A stretch of 31,408 bases of DNA from Chloropicon primus (lineage: Eukaryota). The stretch is taken from positions 558,001-589,408 of the forward strand of contig CP060767.1 of NCBI GenBank assembly GCA_023205875.1, in the 5' to 3' direction. The position numbers were made by a program, and so were the translations under genes. Of the stretch, positions 10,203 through 20,151 are shown in pieces. Each line of letters begins with the position of its first letter. The stretch's first letter is position 1. A model generated the notes under the pieces. It was not told the DNA's origin, made no database searches, and worked only from the letters and a program-made list of their open reading frames with translations.

Positions 10203-11993
10203 ATGGCAAACCGGAACCTCCAGTGGCAGCAGAACCAAGTGAGCACTCGCAAGAAAGGCTTGGCGAATTATAAAATCATTCGGGAGGTGGAGTCCTCCCC
10301 TTACCAGCTCTTCAAGGCCCGGCGTATCGTGGACAGGCTGTTCTGCATCATCAAGAGGATTGACCTGTCGAACCTGACGGAGGAGGAGAAGCTCTTGTCA
10401 TTCAACGAGGTCAAGGTGTTGGCCAGCTTGAAGTGCCAATACATCGTGACTTGCTATGACTCGTTCACGGAAGGGAACTCGCTGTACGTTGTGGTCGAGT
10501 ACACTCACATGGGCTCGCTGAAGAAGAAGCTGGCGAACCAGAGGGGAAAGCTCTTGGGGGAGAGGTCCGTCTGGAAGTACTTTTTGCAAATAGCAGCAGC
10601 CGTGCTGAACATGAACCAGAACTCCATCTTGCATGGAAGTCTGCAGCCTCAGAGCATATTTTTGAACTCCAAGGACGACATAAGGCTGTCGAACTTTGGC
10701 AGGGCCATCCGGTTGTCCCGGTCGAGTCATCAAAGGGACAGCCACCGGGCCCGGCGGAAGAAGGGGTTGACGTACAACACCAAGACGGAAATGCTTTCGC
10801 TCGGTTACTTGCTGTACGAGCTTTGCACGCTGAAGAGCGTCAACGACAGCAAGCAGCACTCGAACAACCTTTCGGGGATGGGCCTGGGGGCCGTGAATGG
10901 CACCAACCAAGCGAATGGCAAGGTCTCGTACAACGACCTCGCTCCCATATCTCACGGCTACTCTCCCGAGCTGGAGACTTTGGTGAAGGACTTGCTGTCG
11001 AGCGATCCCAGCCAGCGTCCCTCGATCCAGGAGGTCTGGACGAGCCCCTTGGTGAGGAACAAGGCCCTGAACTCGAACGTGCAGATGCCCAAGGTGTTCT
11101 TCCCTCAGCTCCAGGTTCTGAACGAGATGAAGAACAAGTACAGTTCTGCCAAGGGAGGCAGGCACTGGAGCCGCATCGGGGGGCAAGAGAAGAACTCGAG
11201 AGGCATGGGAAGGAACAACTTTCCTTTGGCGGATGCGATAAGGCAGATAAAATGGGACAACGCGGGGGGCCATGGAGCGGCAGGGGGCTTCGAGCTCCAC
11301 GATTACAACGACCAGCTTCACGAGCTGCAGTACGGGTCGTACCACCACCCCATTAACGGCGACATAAACTACCGGGGCAACAGGGGGAAGGGACAGGACA
11401 ACGGCCGGTACAATCTTCGGGGGAGCATGAACGGCGATGGGAACATCCACGCCCAAGACCTTCGAACCAAGGTGGAGTCCGATTGGATTGGCCAGAAGAG
11501 GGGGTCGATCAATCCATCGTCCCACGGTGCGCAGCACATGGGGTCGCACATGGGGTCGGAGGGGAGCAACAAGGGGCCCATCACTGCAATCATGAGGAAA
11601 GGTAACGGCTACCCTCCGACCGGGAAGGGGGTAACCAGTCCGAAGGGGTCCAAGCCGGGAAACAGGAACCAAGGCCGGCGGAGACTGAAGGACGAGCTGG
11701 ACAATTGGATGGCTAGCAAGGAGAACGACAGTCGCCACAGTCAAATGATGCCTGGGGGCGCCAATGGGGTGAGCAAAGACAATCGGAGCAAGGAAAGGCT
11801 CGGGAAGCGCACCGATTTGCTCAACAACATGATGCCGGATTACGGCAGAAGGAAGAGGGAGATGGAGAACGAGAAGCTTGACTGGTGTCTCAAGTTCTTG
11901 GTCATGGGGCCCATCGGGCCCTGGTCAGACAACGATGACCTCGTGAAGAACGAATTCAATGACTACGTCGCTCGTTCTATACAATACACCTGA
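10203..11993 (+). CDS. NIMA-related (NEK-like) pseudokinase with a low-complexity G/N/S-rich C-terminal tail
   Basis: NEK-type N-lobe and body (IIKRIDL, FNEVKVLASL, YIVTCYDSF, VVEY, VWKYFLQI, LLYELCTLK, YSPEL, DPSQRPSI), but the catalytic motifs are degenerate (HGSLQPQS for HRDLKxxN, NFG for DFG). First ATG at 10203. Confidence 0.85.
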   Translation: MANRNLQWQQNQVSTRKKGLANYKIIREVESSPYQLFKARRIVDRLFCIIKRIDLSNLTEEEKLLSFNEVKVLASLKCQYIVTCYDSFTEGNSLYVVVEYTHMGSLKKKLANQRGKLLGERSVWKYFLQIAAAVLNMNQNSILHGSLQPQSIFLNSKDDIRLSNFGRAIRLSRSSHQRDSHRARRKKGLTYNTKTEMLSLGYLLYELCTLKSVNDSKQHSNNLSGMGLGAVNGTNQANGKVSYNDLAPISHGYSPELETLVKDLLSSDPSQRPSIQEVWTSPLVRNKALNSNVQMPKVFFPQLQVLNEMKNKYSSAKGGRHWSRIGGQEKNSRGMGRNNFPLADAIRQIKWDNAGGHGAAGGFELHDYNDQLHELQYGSYHHPINGDINYRGNRGKGQDNGRYNLRGSMNGDGNIHAQDLRTKVESDWIGQKRGSINPSSHGAQHMGSHMGSEGSNKGPITAIMRKGNGYPPTGKGVTSPKGSKPGNRNQGRRRLKDELDNWMASKENDSRHSQMMPGGANGVSKDNRSKERLGKRTDLLNNMMPDYGRRKREMENEKLDWCLKFLVMGPIGPWSDNDDLVKNEFNDYVARSIQYT

Positions 11994-12001
11994 ACTTATC
12001 A

Positions 12002-12006
12002 TGTAA
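12002..12006 (+). promoter_or_regulatory. TGTAA chlorophyte-type polyadenylation signal (NEK-like gene)
   Basis: TGTAA lies 8 nt after the stop codon. UGUAA is the established poly(A) signal of chlorophytes. Confidence 0.55.
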
Positions 12007-12647
12007 TCACCAGTGAATGGTTTCTTTTCACGACGATTTCTTTCGACGCCACCCACGGAGTCATCCGGCCAGTCAGCCCATCTCCCACTGGCGTGTGCGC
12101 GAACACCGCTGGTACGTCCCTCCCCCCGGTCTCCAGAGGTCAGGTCTCTGATGCATGCCGAAGACCAATCCAATCCAATAATGCACAACGCGCAATCCCA
12201 TCGGACACGCAAAGAGTCAAAGCATCTTTCCCATGGATCCCTCCGTGTCCCCCTCCGTCCTCCTCCCTCTCGGTTGCACCCTCCCCCGCGATCCCTCGTC
12301 ACGGTCCCCCTGCCCTCCCCTGTGTGTTCCCCTCCGTGGGATTCAAATGCTTTGCTGCTCGAAGGCTCTCTCTCTCTCTCCTTGCTCCTCTTCAGAGACA
12401 GGAGAAGAGAAGAAGAGGAAAGAGTCAAAGGCCAAGGAGGTGGCGGGTCTTTGGAGGACGCGAGGCATCCGTAGGGTCAACGGAGGGGCAGAGGCCAGCA
12501 GGGTGCTCCAAAGGTTCGACCTTTGGTCCTTGGTCCGTCAAAGCTTTGACGAGAGGAGCGGCCAGGGCAAACGACAGGGGCAGACCCATTGGGTTTTCGT
12601 TTTTGGAGTGGAGTGGAGTGGGTGTTTGACTTGAGAGGGAGGAGGCG

Positions 12648-15600
12648 ATGGCGGACAACGGGAGGGACGCGATGGAAGCCTTCGGGACGCCGGAGAAGGA
12701 GGCGGTGGGTATTGCACAGGAGGGGTGGAAGGAGACAACCCCAGCAGGAGCAGGGTTGTCCAAGGGGGAGGGGGGGGAGCTCGCCAAGGCCGCACAGGCA
12801 GCGAGGTTGCGTGAGACGGGTGCTCTGGGCTTCGTGGGAGTGGAAGGCATGGGGTCCGTCATCGAGGCTGTCCAGAGGACCTTCAACACGTTGGTATCCA
12901 CCACCGCCTCTCAGCAAGACAAGCAAGGTGTGCAGAGCTCCTTGGGAGCAGAGGACGGGCACAAACTCGCGGAGGAGTTGAGGAAGGACGAGGTGGTGAA
13001 GCAGTTGCTGAACGAGCCGGCCAGGATGCGAGAGTCGGACGGCAAGTACGACACCCTTGCAACAGTTCTGGAAGATGTCGCGTCTTTTGGCTCCGGGGAG
13101 TCTTCCTTGGGACAAAAGCAGGTTTTGGAGGTGGAAGACGTCTACAACTTGTTTGGCTTGGGAGGGCCTGACCTCGACCCCTACCAATCCACGTCCACGT
13201 TTCTCACCGCGGAGGACAGCGAAGTGAGGGAAAAGATCTTGCAGGAGCACCTGTGCGAAGAGAGCGCAGGGGAGGTGGGCCAGCTGGTCTACTTTGGGGG
13301 TCTCGGGAAGTCTCACCTGGGCAGGAGCTTGCGAGCGCAGTGGCAGGACATGCTGGCTTCTTCGGGCGAGCAGCCGGAGGGGGAGGAAGGCAAGAAGGGC
13401 GGGACAAGCCTCAGGAGCAAGGTGGAGACTGAAATCGGAACGGATTGCATCCGAAACGACCTTTACTTGCTCAACGCGAACACTTTGCAAGGCAGCAGGC
13501 CAACGATGAACGGTCTGAGCCTTTCCAGCGTGAACCACTCGGTGGGTTTGCAGAACATCGCCGTTCCCCTTCACGCGGTCTCGGAGGACGTCGAGAGCGC
13601 AAGGTATCTCGATGCCTCGGCGGCGGCGGCCTCCGGCTTCGTGGACTTGTCCCACCTCAAGGGGATGGCCCCCACGGAGTTCGACCAGCAGGGGTCGAAC
13701 TTGTCCTGCGCGCAGGCTCTGGCTGCGCTGAATGCCTGCATAACCCTCGACCCCAACGCAAGCGACGCCTCCATAAACAGGTCGGTGATCAGCGCGGCGC
13801 TCCACAAGTTCTTGCCCAACACGGAGAGGGAGAGGATACTGGAAGATTCCGTGACCCTGTCCGCTTCGGGTCAAGGTGCTTGCTCGACAAACGTGGACCA
13901 GACGGTGGACGCCAAAGTCCTCAGGAACGAGCTGATCAAGTCCTCAGACGTCTTGCAACTTCTGCAGGAAAGAAGGGAAGCCTGTAACTTGGACTCGTAT
14001 CCCCTGAACGACTTGAGGGAGATCAAGATCACCATCTCGGAGATCACCTTGAACAGGGAGACCTCGTTCAAGAAGGTCTGGTTCGAGACTTGCCTTATGG
14101 ACAGCCAGGAGGACTTCAAGAGCATCTCTTCCTCCGTCAGAATCAGTGGAGCCAGCGGGGCGCACAAGACGGAGTCCTTGGACATCGCATACAACCTCTG
14201 CGAGGGATCGGGAAGCATCTACAGGTCGTGTCAGAAGATCCTGGAGGGTGAGGTGAGGGACGTCCTTTTGCTGAAGGTTCTGGCCAAGGAAAAGTCGGGG
14301 GAGCAAGACGGGGTCTGGGTGGGAACGTGTGAGCTCAAGCTCTCCGGAAAATCAGAGCAGCAGATTCAGAAGCTGAGCATCATGCCAGCATCGGACGGGG
14401 CCACCATTGGCAGCCTCCGAGTCAGGGTAGAAGCCAACGCTGCCCTGGCCTGCGTCAAGACTTTCGATGACAACTGCGTCCCCTCGTACAAGCTCTATAT
14501 CTACGGCGGCCTCCAAAGGAAGCAGAAAGGCAGCCAGCTGGTACCGTCCAACCGAATTCAGGTGTACGAGGCGGCCACCAACGACCTCGCCACGGGCAAG
14601 CCTAGCGGCTCCCTTCCTCCTCCGACCTCCTGCCACGCGTCCCTCGTCATGGGCGAGATCATGCTGGTCCACGGAGGTCTGGGAAGCAAGGGCAAGGTGG
14701 AAGGCCAGCTTCATGCCCTTCATATGCCAACGATGACCTGGGTGCAGCTTGGCAACGACGACAACGAGAGTGCGCCCGGTGCGAGGTTCGATCACACCGC
14801 CACCACGCTGAGGAATGGGAATGGGCAGGACCACCTGTCTTGCTTTGACGTAGTCTTCTTCGGGGGAGAGAAGGAGAAGGGGTCCCTCTCCAACTCCCTT
14901 TCGATTTTGGAGGTCTCCAACACAAGGCAGGCGGCCCCAAGCGAGGGCCCAGGATCCTTCTCTTATGATTGGAAGATGGCAACGGTGTCCGGAAGCATTC
15001 CGCAGCCCAGGGCCGGCCACGCCAGCGCATCGGTTTCCGTCCAGGGACGGGAAGCCTTGTACGTCTTTGGAGGCAGGATGACAGGCGAGTCAGGGAGCGG
15101 CACAAAGTTGTCCAACGAGATGCTCTGCGGGGTGTTGACCACGGTTGCCGACAAGAAGAACTTCGAGTGGCAGGAAGTTGCAGTCGAGGGGGGCAGCCCT
15201 TCGCCGAGGGAGAAGTGCACCTTGCACGCCATCGGCACGAAGCTTTTGATGTCTCACGGCTGGATCGGAGAGGGCCAGGTGCCGTGGATGAACGACCTTT
15301 GGCTCTTTGACACGAGCACCAGGGTGTGGAAGAGGATCATGCTGGAGAACGCCGCCCAGTTCCCCACTTCGAGGTACGGCATCGGGTCCATGATCCGGTA
15401 CCACCGGGAGACGGAAGCGAGCTTGGACTTGTACGCCTGCAACGCCGACGGGACCTTGTCCAAGTGCAACGACGGCGCGGAGGGCTCCCTGCAGGGCGTG
15501 GAGATCGACGTTGGGTCCACGCAGAGGTTCCTCCTGCAGTCCCTTGACGCAAAGGGGAGACCTTGCAACAAGCCAGGGAAGCCTTACATGGTTCTCGTGG

Positions 15601-18545
15601 CCAGAAAGATGCCCAACGGATCCAAGGTCACCATGAGCTACCCACAAGTGAAGAAGCTTCCACAGGACACCTCGATGTTTGCTTTCGAATTCACGTCCGT
15701 GGTTGCCGGTGACTACGACGTGGAAGTGTTCACCAGCTGCAAGGACTCCCCAGCTCTGTCCGTGACCGTGAGAGTCAAGGCCGGCGAAGCTTGGCCGGAT
15801 TGCTTTGTGGTTTCGGGCCCAGCAACGATCAGCTGCGTTGCTGGCGAGACTGCCCTTCTCTCCATCGCGCTGCACGACAAGTATGGTAACTCTATCGGAG
15901 ACCTCACGGACGACCACGTCAGCGGCCTCAAGGCGCTCTTGAAGTACAAGAGGGAGAGCTCCACGAAGGTCTCGATCGAGAAGGGGGAGGGCAACCGAGT
16001 GAAGGCTTCCTTCGTGTTGCAGGAGAGGGGGAACTACAATGTGAACATCTTTTACAAGGGAACCATGGCTACTTCGATGGATGTCAAGTGCCTGGCCGGA
16101 GGCATTTCCCTTCCGAAGACGCACTTGGATCCAGCCTCCGTGAAGAACAAGAAGCTCCTGTGCGGCGTGGAGTGCAAGTTCAGCGTTGTCCTCTGCGACA
16201 AGAGCGGGATCAAGATACGCGCGCAGGACTTGCAGGGAAGTGAATCGATGCTGAAAGCCTTTGCCGAGGAGTACGGGGAGGACCAAAAGGGAGGGAGTCA
16301 CGTGAACGACTGCGCCGCTTCGGTGAACAAGGACGGGACCCTGGGCTTCACCTTCACCCCGACCCGGTCCGGCGAGTGCGTGATCAACGTGCACTACTAC
16401 ACGACGGAGTACAAGCCTCGGGCGATCGAGGGGTGTCCCTTCGTCCTCAAGGTGTCCTCCTCGGAGATTGATCCCCAAAAGTGCAAGCTCGTGGAGAAAC
16501 CTCCGCCCGCCATTGTGGCCGGCGAAGTGTGCACCTTGCTGGTTCAGGCCAAGGACAAGTACGGGAACAACGTGTCGACGAGCCACGAGGAGGTTCGCTG
16601 CAGGGTAGAGACGGCTGCTTCCAAGAGGACCTGCAAGAAAATCGACGCCATCAACAAGGAGGACGGCACGTACGAGATCAAGCTCCAGCTGACGGATGTT
16701 GGGTCGTACACGCTTCATTTCGACATGAAGAAGGAGGGGCAGTACAAAGCGATTGGTGGCTCGCCTTCCAAGATCAAAGTGGGCGCGGCGCACCTCAGCC
16801 CGAGGCACTGCACTGCTTACGGCATGGGAATCCAAGGCACCACTCCTGCTGGTGAGACGACCTCCTTCGTCGTGGTGTCCAGAGATCCGTTTGGCAACAA
16901 GATCTCGACCTCTGGGTCCAGCTTGGAGGTTAGGGTCCAGAGCGGGGTGAGCGTCCCCTCCAGCATCGTGGACAATGGCGATGGCACCTACACTTGCTCC
17001 TACATCGCCGGCAACGAGGAGCACTTTCATGGCAGGACGGTGTACTCGGTCGCGGTCAAAGTCAACGGAGTGGAGCTGGAGGAGTCCCCGTTCTTCCAGA
17101 GGGTCTACCCTCCCCAGACTTCGGCCTACAACACCACCGCGGTAGGCGTGCCCCCGAGGATGAACTCCGGCGAGAGCTTGGAGTTCATCATCCAAGCCAG
17201 GGACGTGGAGGGCAGGGAATCCGTGCACGGCATGGACCCCTTCATCCTGAACGTCGAGCTGGAGGAGAAGCAAGTGGGCAAGAAGGAAAAGCCCTCCCTG
17301 ACCGGGGAGATCAAGGACCTCCACAACGGCAAGTACCTGGTGAAGCTGTTCGCGGAGGAGAACTTGTACGCGATTGCATCCGTGGGCATCATGCTCGGGA
17401 CCCTGGCGGACCCGGTGCAGGAGCACATCAAGGATTCCCCTTTCGAGCTCATGATCACGCCCAAGGGTCTGTTCGGGATGGGCCTCTGGGGCGCAAAGCC
17501 ATCCGCTTCCTCGGCCAGCGTGGACGAGTCCCTTGCCAATGCCTTCATGCTCTCCGGGAGGGGCCTGAGGGAGTGCGTGGCCGGCGAGGAGGCCGAGTTC
17601 GACCTGACCCCGGTGCAGGGGGAGTCCCTTGCCCTGTCCAAGACCATCAAGGCGACCTCCATCGACAGCGGCCTCTTCACCGTGGAGCTGCGGGGTCCGC
17701 AGTTCATCACGGGACAGGTCGACGGCCCGACCAAGGATGGGCACTTTCGTGCCCGTTACCGACCGTTTGTCGCGGGAGCCTACGTCTTGGTGGTGAAGAT
17801 CGGGCGATTTGTCCTCCAGCAGTGCCCTTTCTCGGTCAAGTGCACCCCCGACGTCACCTGCGCGGAGACGTGCGAGATCGACGACTTTGGCCTGTACAAC
17901 AAGAAGGCCGGGGACGACCTCAAGCTGAAGATCATCACCCTGGACGCGCAGAGGAACAAGAACTACTCGGATGAGGAGAGCTTCCACGTGATCTGTCGTG
18001 GAGGCAGTATTCAAGGCAAGGGAAGGATGGCCAAGTTCAAGAAGCACGTCATGGAAGCGGACTCGAAACCTTTGGGGGATGGCATCCACCAAGTCGTCTT
18101 CAAGGTCCCTCTCGAGGGGGCTTACAGTGTCATCGTGTTGCACACCGATAGGCAGACGGGCGCAAGGAACGAGCTTGAGGCCTCTCCCGTGCCGTTCACC
18201 TGTGCCAAATCCGACAGGGATCCCAACAACGAGGACGGGGGTCCAAACGCCGCTGCGGTGTCCATGAAGAACCTGATGCAGAAAGCCATGGTGGACTCGG
18301 GCACCGACGAGGAGAGAAGGCCAAACTTCATGGAGCGCAGGCTGAAGAAGATCTTGGGGGACAAGGACATCGAGCCCGAGGACCACATTCTGAAGCAGGA
18401 CAAGCCTCAGCCCATGTTCTCGGCCGGGTTGTGGCACAAGCCGAATTACTGGGAGAAAATCGGCATCTACACCGTTGGAACTCCGCTGAGGAGAGTGCAG
18501 TACGAGGTCATGGAGATGCACAAGAAGGGGCTGAGGAAGGACTAG
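12648..18545 (+). CDS. 1965-aa protein: unknown N-terminus, C2-like domain, Kelch beta-propeller, about 8 filamin/ABP280 Ig repeats
   Basis: Long single-exon ORF with coding-like codon usage. Kelch GG motifs (LYIYGG, MLVHGG, VVFFGG, LYVFGG; MNDLWLFD) and filamin motifs (AGE...DKYGN...DGTY...GSP, DNGDGTYTCSY). Confidence 0.88.
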   Translation: MADNGRDAMEAFGTPEKEAVGIAQEGWKETTPAGAGLSKGEGGELAKAAQAARLRETGALGFVGVEGMGSVIEAVQRTFNTLVSTTASQQDKQGVQSSLGAEDGHKLAEELRKDEVVKQLLNEPARMRESDGKYDTLATVLEDVASFGSGESSLGQKQVLEVEDVYNLFGLGGPDLDPYQSTSTFLTAEDSEVREKILQEHLCEESAGEVGQLVYFGGLGKSHLGRSLRAQWQDMLASSGEQPEGEEGKKGGTSLRSKVETEIGTDCIRNDLYLLNANTLQGSRPTMNGLSLSSVNHSVGLQNIAVPLHAVSEDVESARYLDASAAAASGFVDLSHLKGMAPTEFDQQGSNLSCAQALAALNACITLDPNASDASINRSVISAALHKFLPNTERERILEDSVTLSASGQGACSTNVDQTVDAKVLRNELIKSSDVLQLLQERREACNLDSYPLNDLREIKITISEITLNRETSFKKVWFETCLMDSQEDFKSISSSVRISGASGAHKTESLDIAYNLCEGSGSIYRSCQKILEGEVRDVLLLKVLAKEKSGEQDGVWVGTCELKLSGKSEQQIQKLSIMPASDGATIGSLRVRVEANAALACVKTFDDNCVPSYKLYIYGGLQRKQKGSQLVPSNRIQVYEAATNDLATGKPSGSLPPPTSCHASLVMGEIMLVHGGLGSKGKVEGQLHALHMPTMTWVQLGNDDNESAPGARFDHTATTLRNGNGQDHLSCFDVVFFGGEKEKGSLSNSLSILEVSNTRQAAPSEGPGSFSYDWKMATVSGSIPQPRAGHASASVSVQGREALYVFGGRMTGESGSGTKLSNEMLCGVLTTVADKKNFEWQEVAVEGGSPSPREKCTLHAIGTKLLMSHGWIGEGQVPWMNDLWLFDTSTRVWKRIMLENAAQFPTSRYGIGSMIRYHRETEASLDLYACNADGTLSKCNDGAEGSLQGVEIDVGSTQRFLLQSLDAKGRPCNKPGKPYMVLVARKMPNGSKVTMSYPQVKKLPQDTSMFAFEFTSVVAGDYDVEVFTSCKDSPALSVTVRVKAGEAWPDCFVVSGPATISCVAGETALLSIALHDKYGNSIGDLTDDHVSGLKALLKYKRESSTKVSIEKGEGNRVKASFVLQERGNYNVNIFYKGTMATSMDVKCLAGGISLPKTHLDPASVKNKKLLCGVECKFSVVLCDKSGIKIRAQDLQGSESMLKAFAEEYGEDQKGGSHVNDCAASVNKDGTLGFTFTPTRSGECVINVHYYTTEYKPRAIEGCPFVLKVSSSEIDPQKCKLVEKPPPAIVAGEVCTLLVQAKDKYGNNVSTSHEEVRCRVETAASKRTCKKIDAINKEDGTYEIKLQLTDVGSYTLHFDMKKEGQYKAIGGSPSKIKVGAAHLSPRHCTAYGMGIQGTTPAGETTSFVVVSRDPFGNKISTSGSSLEVRVQSGVSVPSSIVDNGDGTYTCSYIAGNEEHFHGRTVYSVAVKVNGVELEESPFFQRVYPPQTSAYNTTAVGVPPRMNSGESLEFIIQARDVEGRESVHGMDPFILNVELEEKQVGKKEKPSLTGEIKDLHNGKYLVKLFAEENLYAIASVGIMLGTLADPVQEHIKDSPFELMITPKGLFGMGLWGAKPSASSASVDESLANAFMLSGRGLRECVAGEEAEFDLTPVQGESLALSKTIKATSIDSGLFTVELRGPQFITGQVDGPTKDGHFRARYRPFVAGAYVLVVKIGRFVLQQCPFSVKCTPDVTCAETCEIDDFGLYNKKAGDDLKLKIITLDAQRNKNYSDEESFHVICRGGSIQGKGRMAKFKKHVMEADSKPLGDGIHQVVFKVPLEGAYSVIVLHTDRQTGARNELEASPVPFTCAKSDRDPNNEDGGPNAAAVSMKNLMQKAMVDSGTDEERRPNFMERRLKKILGDKDIEPEDHILKQDKPQPMFSAGLWHKPNYWEKIGIYTVGTPLRRVQYEVMEMHKKGLRKD

Positions 18546-18560
18546 GTCGCCAGCTAAACT

Positions 18561-18565
18561 TGTAA
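18561..18565 (+). promoter_or_regulatory. TGTAA polyadenylation signal (Kelch-filamin gene)
   Basis: TGTAA lies 15 nt after the stop codon in an AT-richer 3' region. Confidence 0.55.
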
Positions 18566-18839
18566 ACAAACAAAACCTCCTTTGATTGGAACGGAGGAAC
18601 TCGAACAACACACACACATGTATTGTATGAAACAAAACAACTCTAAATCATCAACGATCCTGCCAACGTGGTGGACCCACTCAAGTACTCCTTGACTCCT
18701 TGGATATGGCATATAGTCCACGTTCAGTGCGAACAAAGCGGGGGCCCTTTCTACAAGAAGCACTGACAGTGTTCCGCATTTTCTCATTATCAGTAGGCCT
18801 TGGTTGATTTTTCTTGACGAACGAGCAGGTGCGATTACC

Positions 18840-19604
18840 CTAAAGCTCGTTCTCCAACAGCTCGGAGCTCGTCATGGGTCGAGAGAACATCGGGTACGTC
18901 TTCTCCACCGAGGCCTTTTGCTCTTCCTCGGACAGAGCTGCGATGACGCACAAGCGAACAGAAAGGAGAAAACAAGTTCAGCAAGACTTGCCTTTGCAGC
19001 AGAACGATAGCCTAGACTTACCTGCACAGCAATCCGTGAGGGTCACGACGTTGTACCCCTTTTCATACGCGGATCTCATGGTGCTCTCGACGCAGCAATT
19101 GGTCAGGAACCCGCCGAGGACCACGTTCTCGATGTTGTTCTGCCTCAGCACGAAGTCCAAGTTCGTGGAGGCGAACCCGTCGAGCCCTCTCTTGCCCTCG
19201 ACGACGACGTCGCCGTCCTGGGGCGCGAGATCGTCGCAGATCTTCCCTCCCCACTCGGAAGCCTTGAACGCTCCCCCTTCCTTGACTCCAGCCAATATCC
19301 CGTAGGGCTCGTCGCTCAGCTCCCTGTAGTCGTCCGAGAACGTGATTGGTGCGTGGACTATCGTGCATCCCTTCGCCCTGGCCTTCTCCACCACGTTCAT
19401 CGTGTTCCCAAGCATCCCCGTAGTCTCCATCACACCCTTCACACCATCGTGGAGCTTCCCTCCTTCGCACACAAAGTCGTTTTGGTACTCGATGAGAACC
19501 ACCGCGGTCTTGCTCGGTTCCAGCGCGTGCATCCACGCCCTCGGCCTCCCGCGGCCACGCCCGTCCCACACCCTCACCCCCTTCCACGCCCTCGCGCACT
19601 GCAT
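18840..19604 (-). CDS. Isochorismatase-family cysteine hydrolase; exons 19604-19022 and 18937-18840 (alternative start 19532)
   Basis: TAVVLIEYQNDF, EGKRGLDGFASTNLDFVLRQ and GGFLTNCCVESTMRSAYEKGY. Splicing the GTAAGT...CAG intron restores TDCCAALSEEEQKASVEKTYPMFSRPM and ends at TAG. Confidence 0.92.
18938..19021 (-). other. 84-nt GT-AG intron of the hydrolase gene
   Basis: GTAAGT donor, pyrimidine-rich body and GCAG acceptor. Its removal restores the family C-terminus. Confidence 0.88.
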
Positions 19605-19617
19605 CCTTCACCTCCAG

Positions 19618-19893
19618 CCGCCGACCGATCTCCTGGATAACGCTGGTTGTAACTTTGTAACGCTCCGCCATGGCGATGGATGGCGCCGGTTGTGGTGGTG
19701 AGGGAGGGGGTGCGGAGGGATGGTGGATGCCAACTGCCGCCAGGAGGAGGATCTCCTCTTCTGGGATAACGCCGTAACAATCCACCATCCATCCGTCTCC
19801 TCCCTCGCTCGTCATGGTTCGCCATGGCGGTGGATGTGCGCCGGTTGTTGTGGTGAGGGAGGGAAGGGAGGGGGTGCGGAGGGATGGTGGATG
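19618..19893. repeat. Diverged tandem duplication (about 19618-19729 and about 19736-19893)
   Basis: Shared blocks in the same order: GCCGCC, GATCTCCT, GGATAACGC, GTAAC, CGCCATGGCG, GCGCCGGTTGT and AGGGAGGGGGTGCGGAGGGATGGTGGATG. Confidence 0.85.
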
Positions 19894-20072
19894 GAGGAAG
19901 CCAGGGGCATCCATCGTGTGCGGATGGGATGGGATGCTCCCTTGGTGGTGTCCGCTTGGCAGGATCGCAAGAGAGTGCGGGAGGTTGAGTTGGATTCGCA
20001 GCATCGGCCAAGGAGTCGGGACGGCATCGGTGTTGTCCGTGATCGGCTTTGTTCCCTGCATTGCAGCATCCA

Positions 20073-20077
20073 TTACA
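20073..20077 (-). promoter_or_regulatory. TGTAA polyadenylation signal (SFT2 gene)
   Basis: TTACA on the + strand about 75 nt downstream of the SFT2 stop, within an AT-rich patch. Confidence 0.5.
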
Positions 20078-20151
20078 TATATATACGATGGCTTACTCTT
20101 CTATAAGTTATATGCCTCTACGGGCTTGTTTGCTCTGCCCGGGTTGTGCCT

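Noticed and set aside
15090..18635. 1181-aa minus-strand ORF (also 5539-6753, 10398-11744, 12477-13874 and similar)
   Set aside because: Antisense shadows produced by GC3-rich codon usage of the real genes, with no recognisable motifs.
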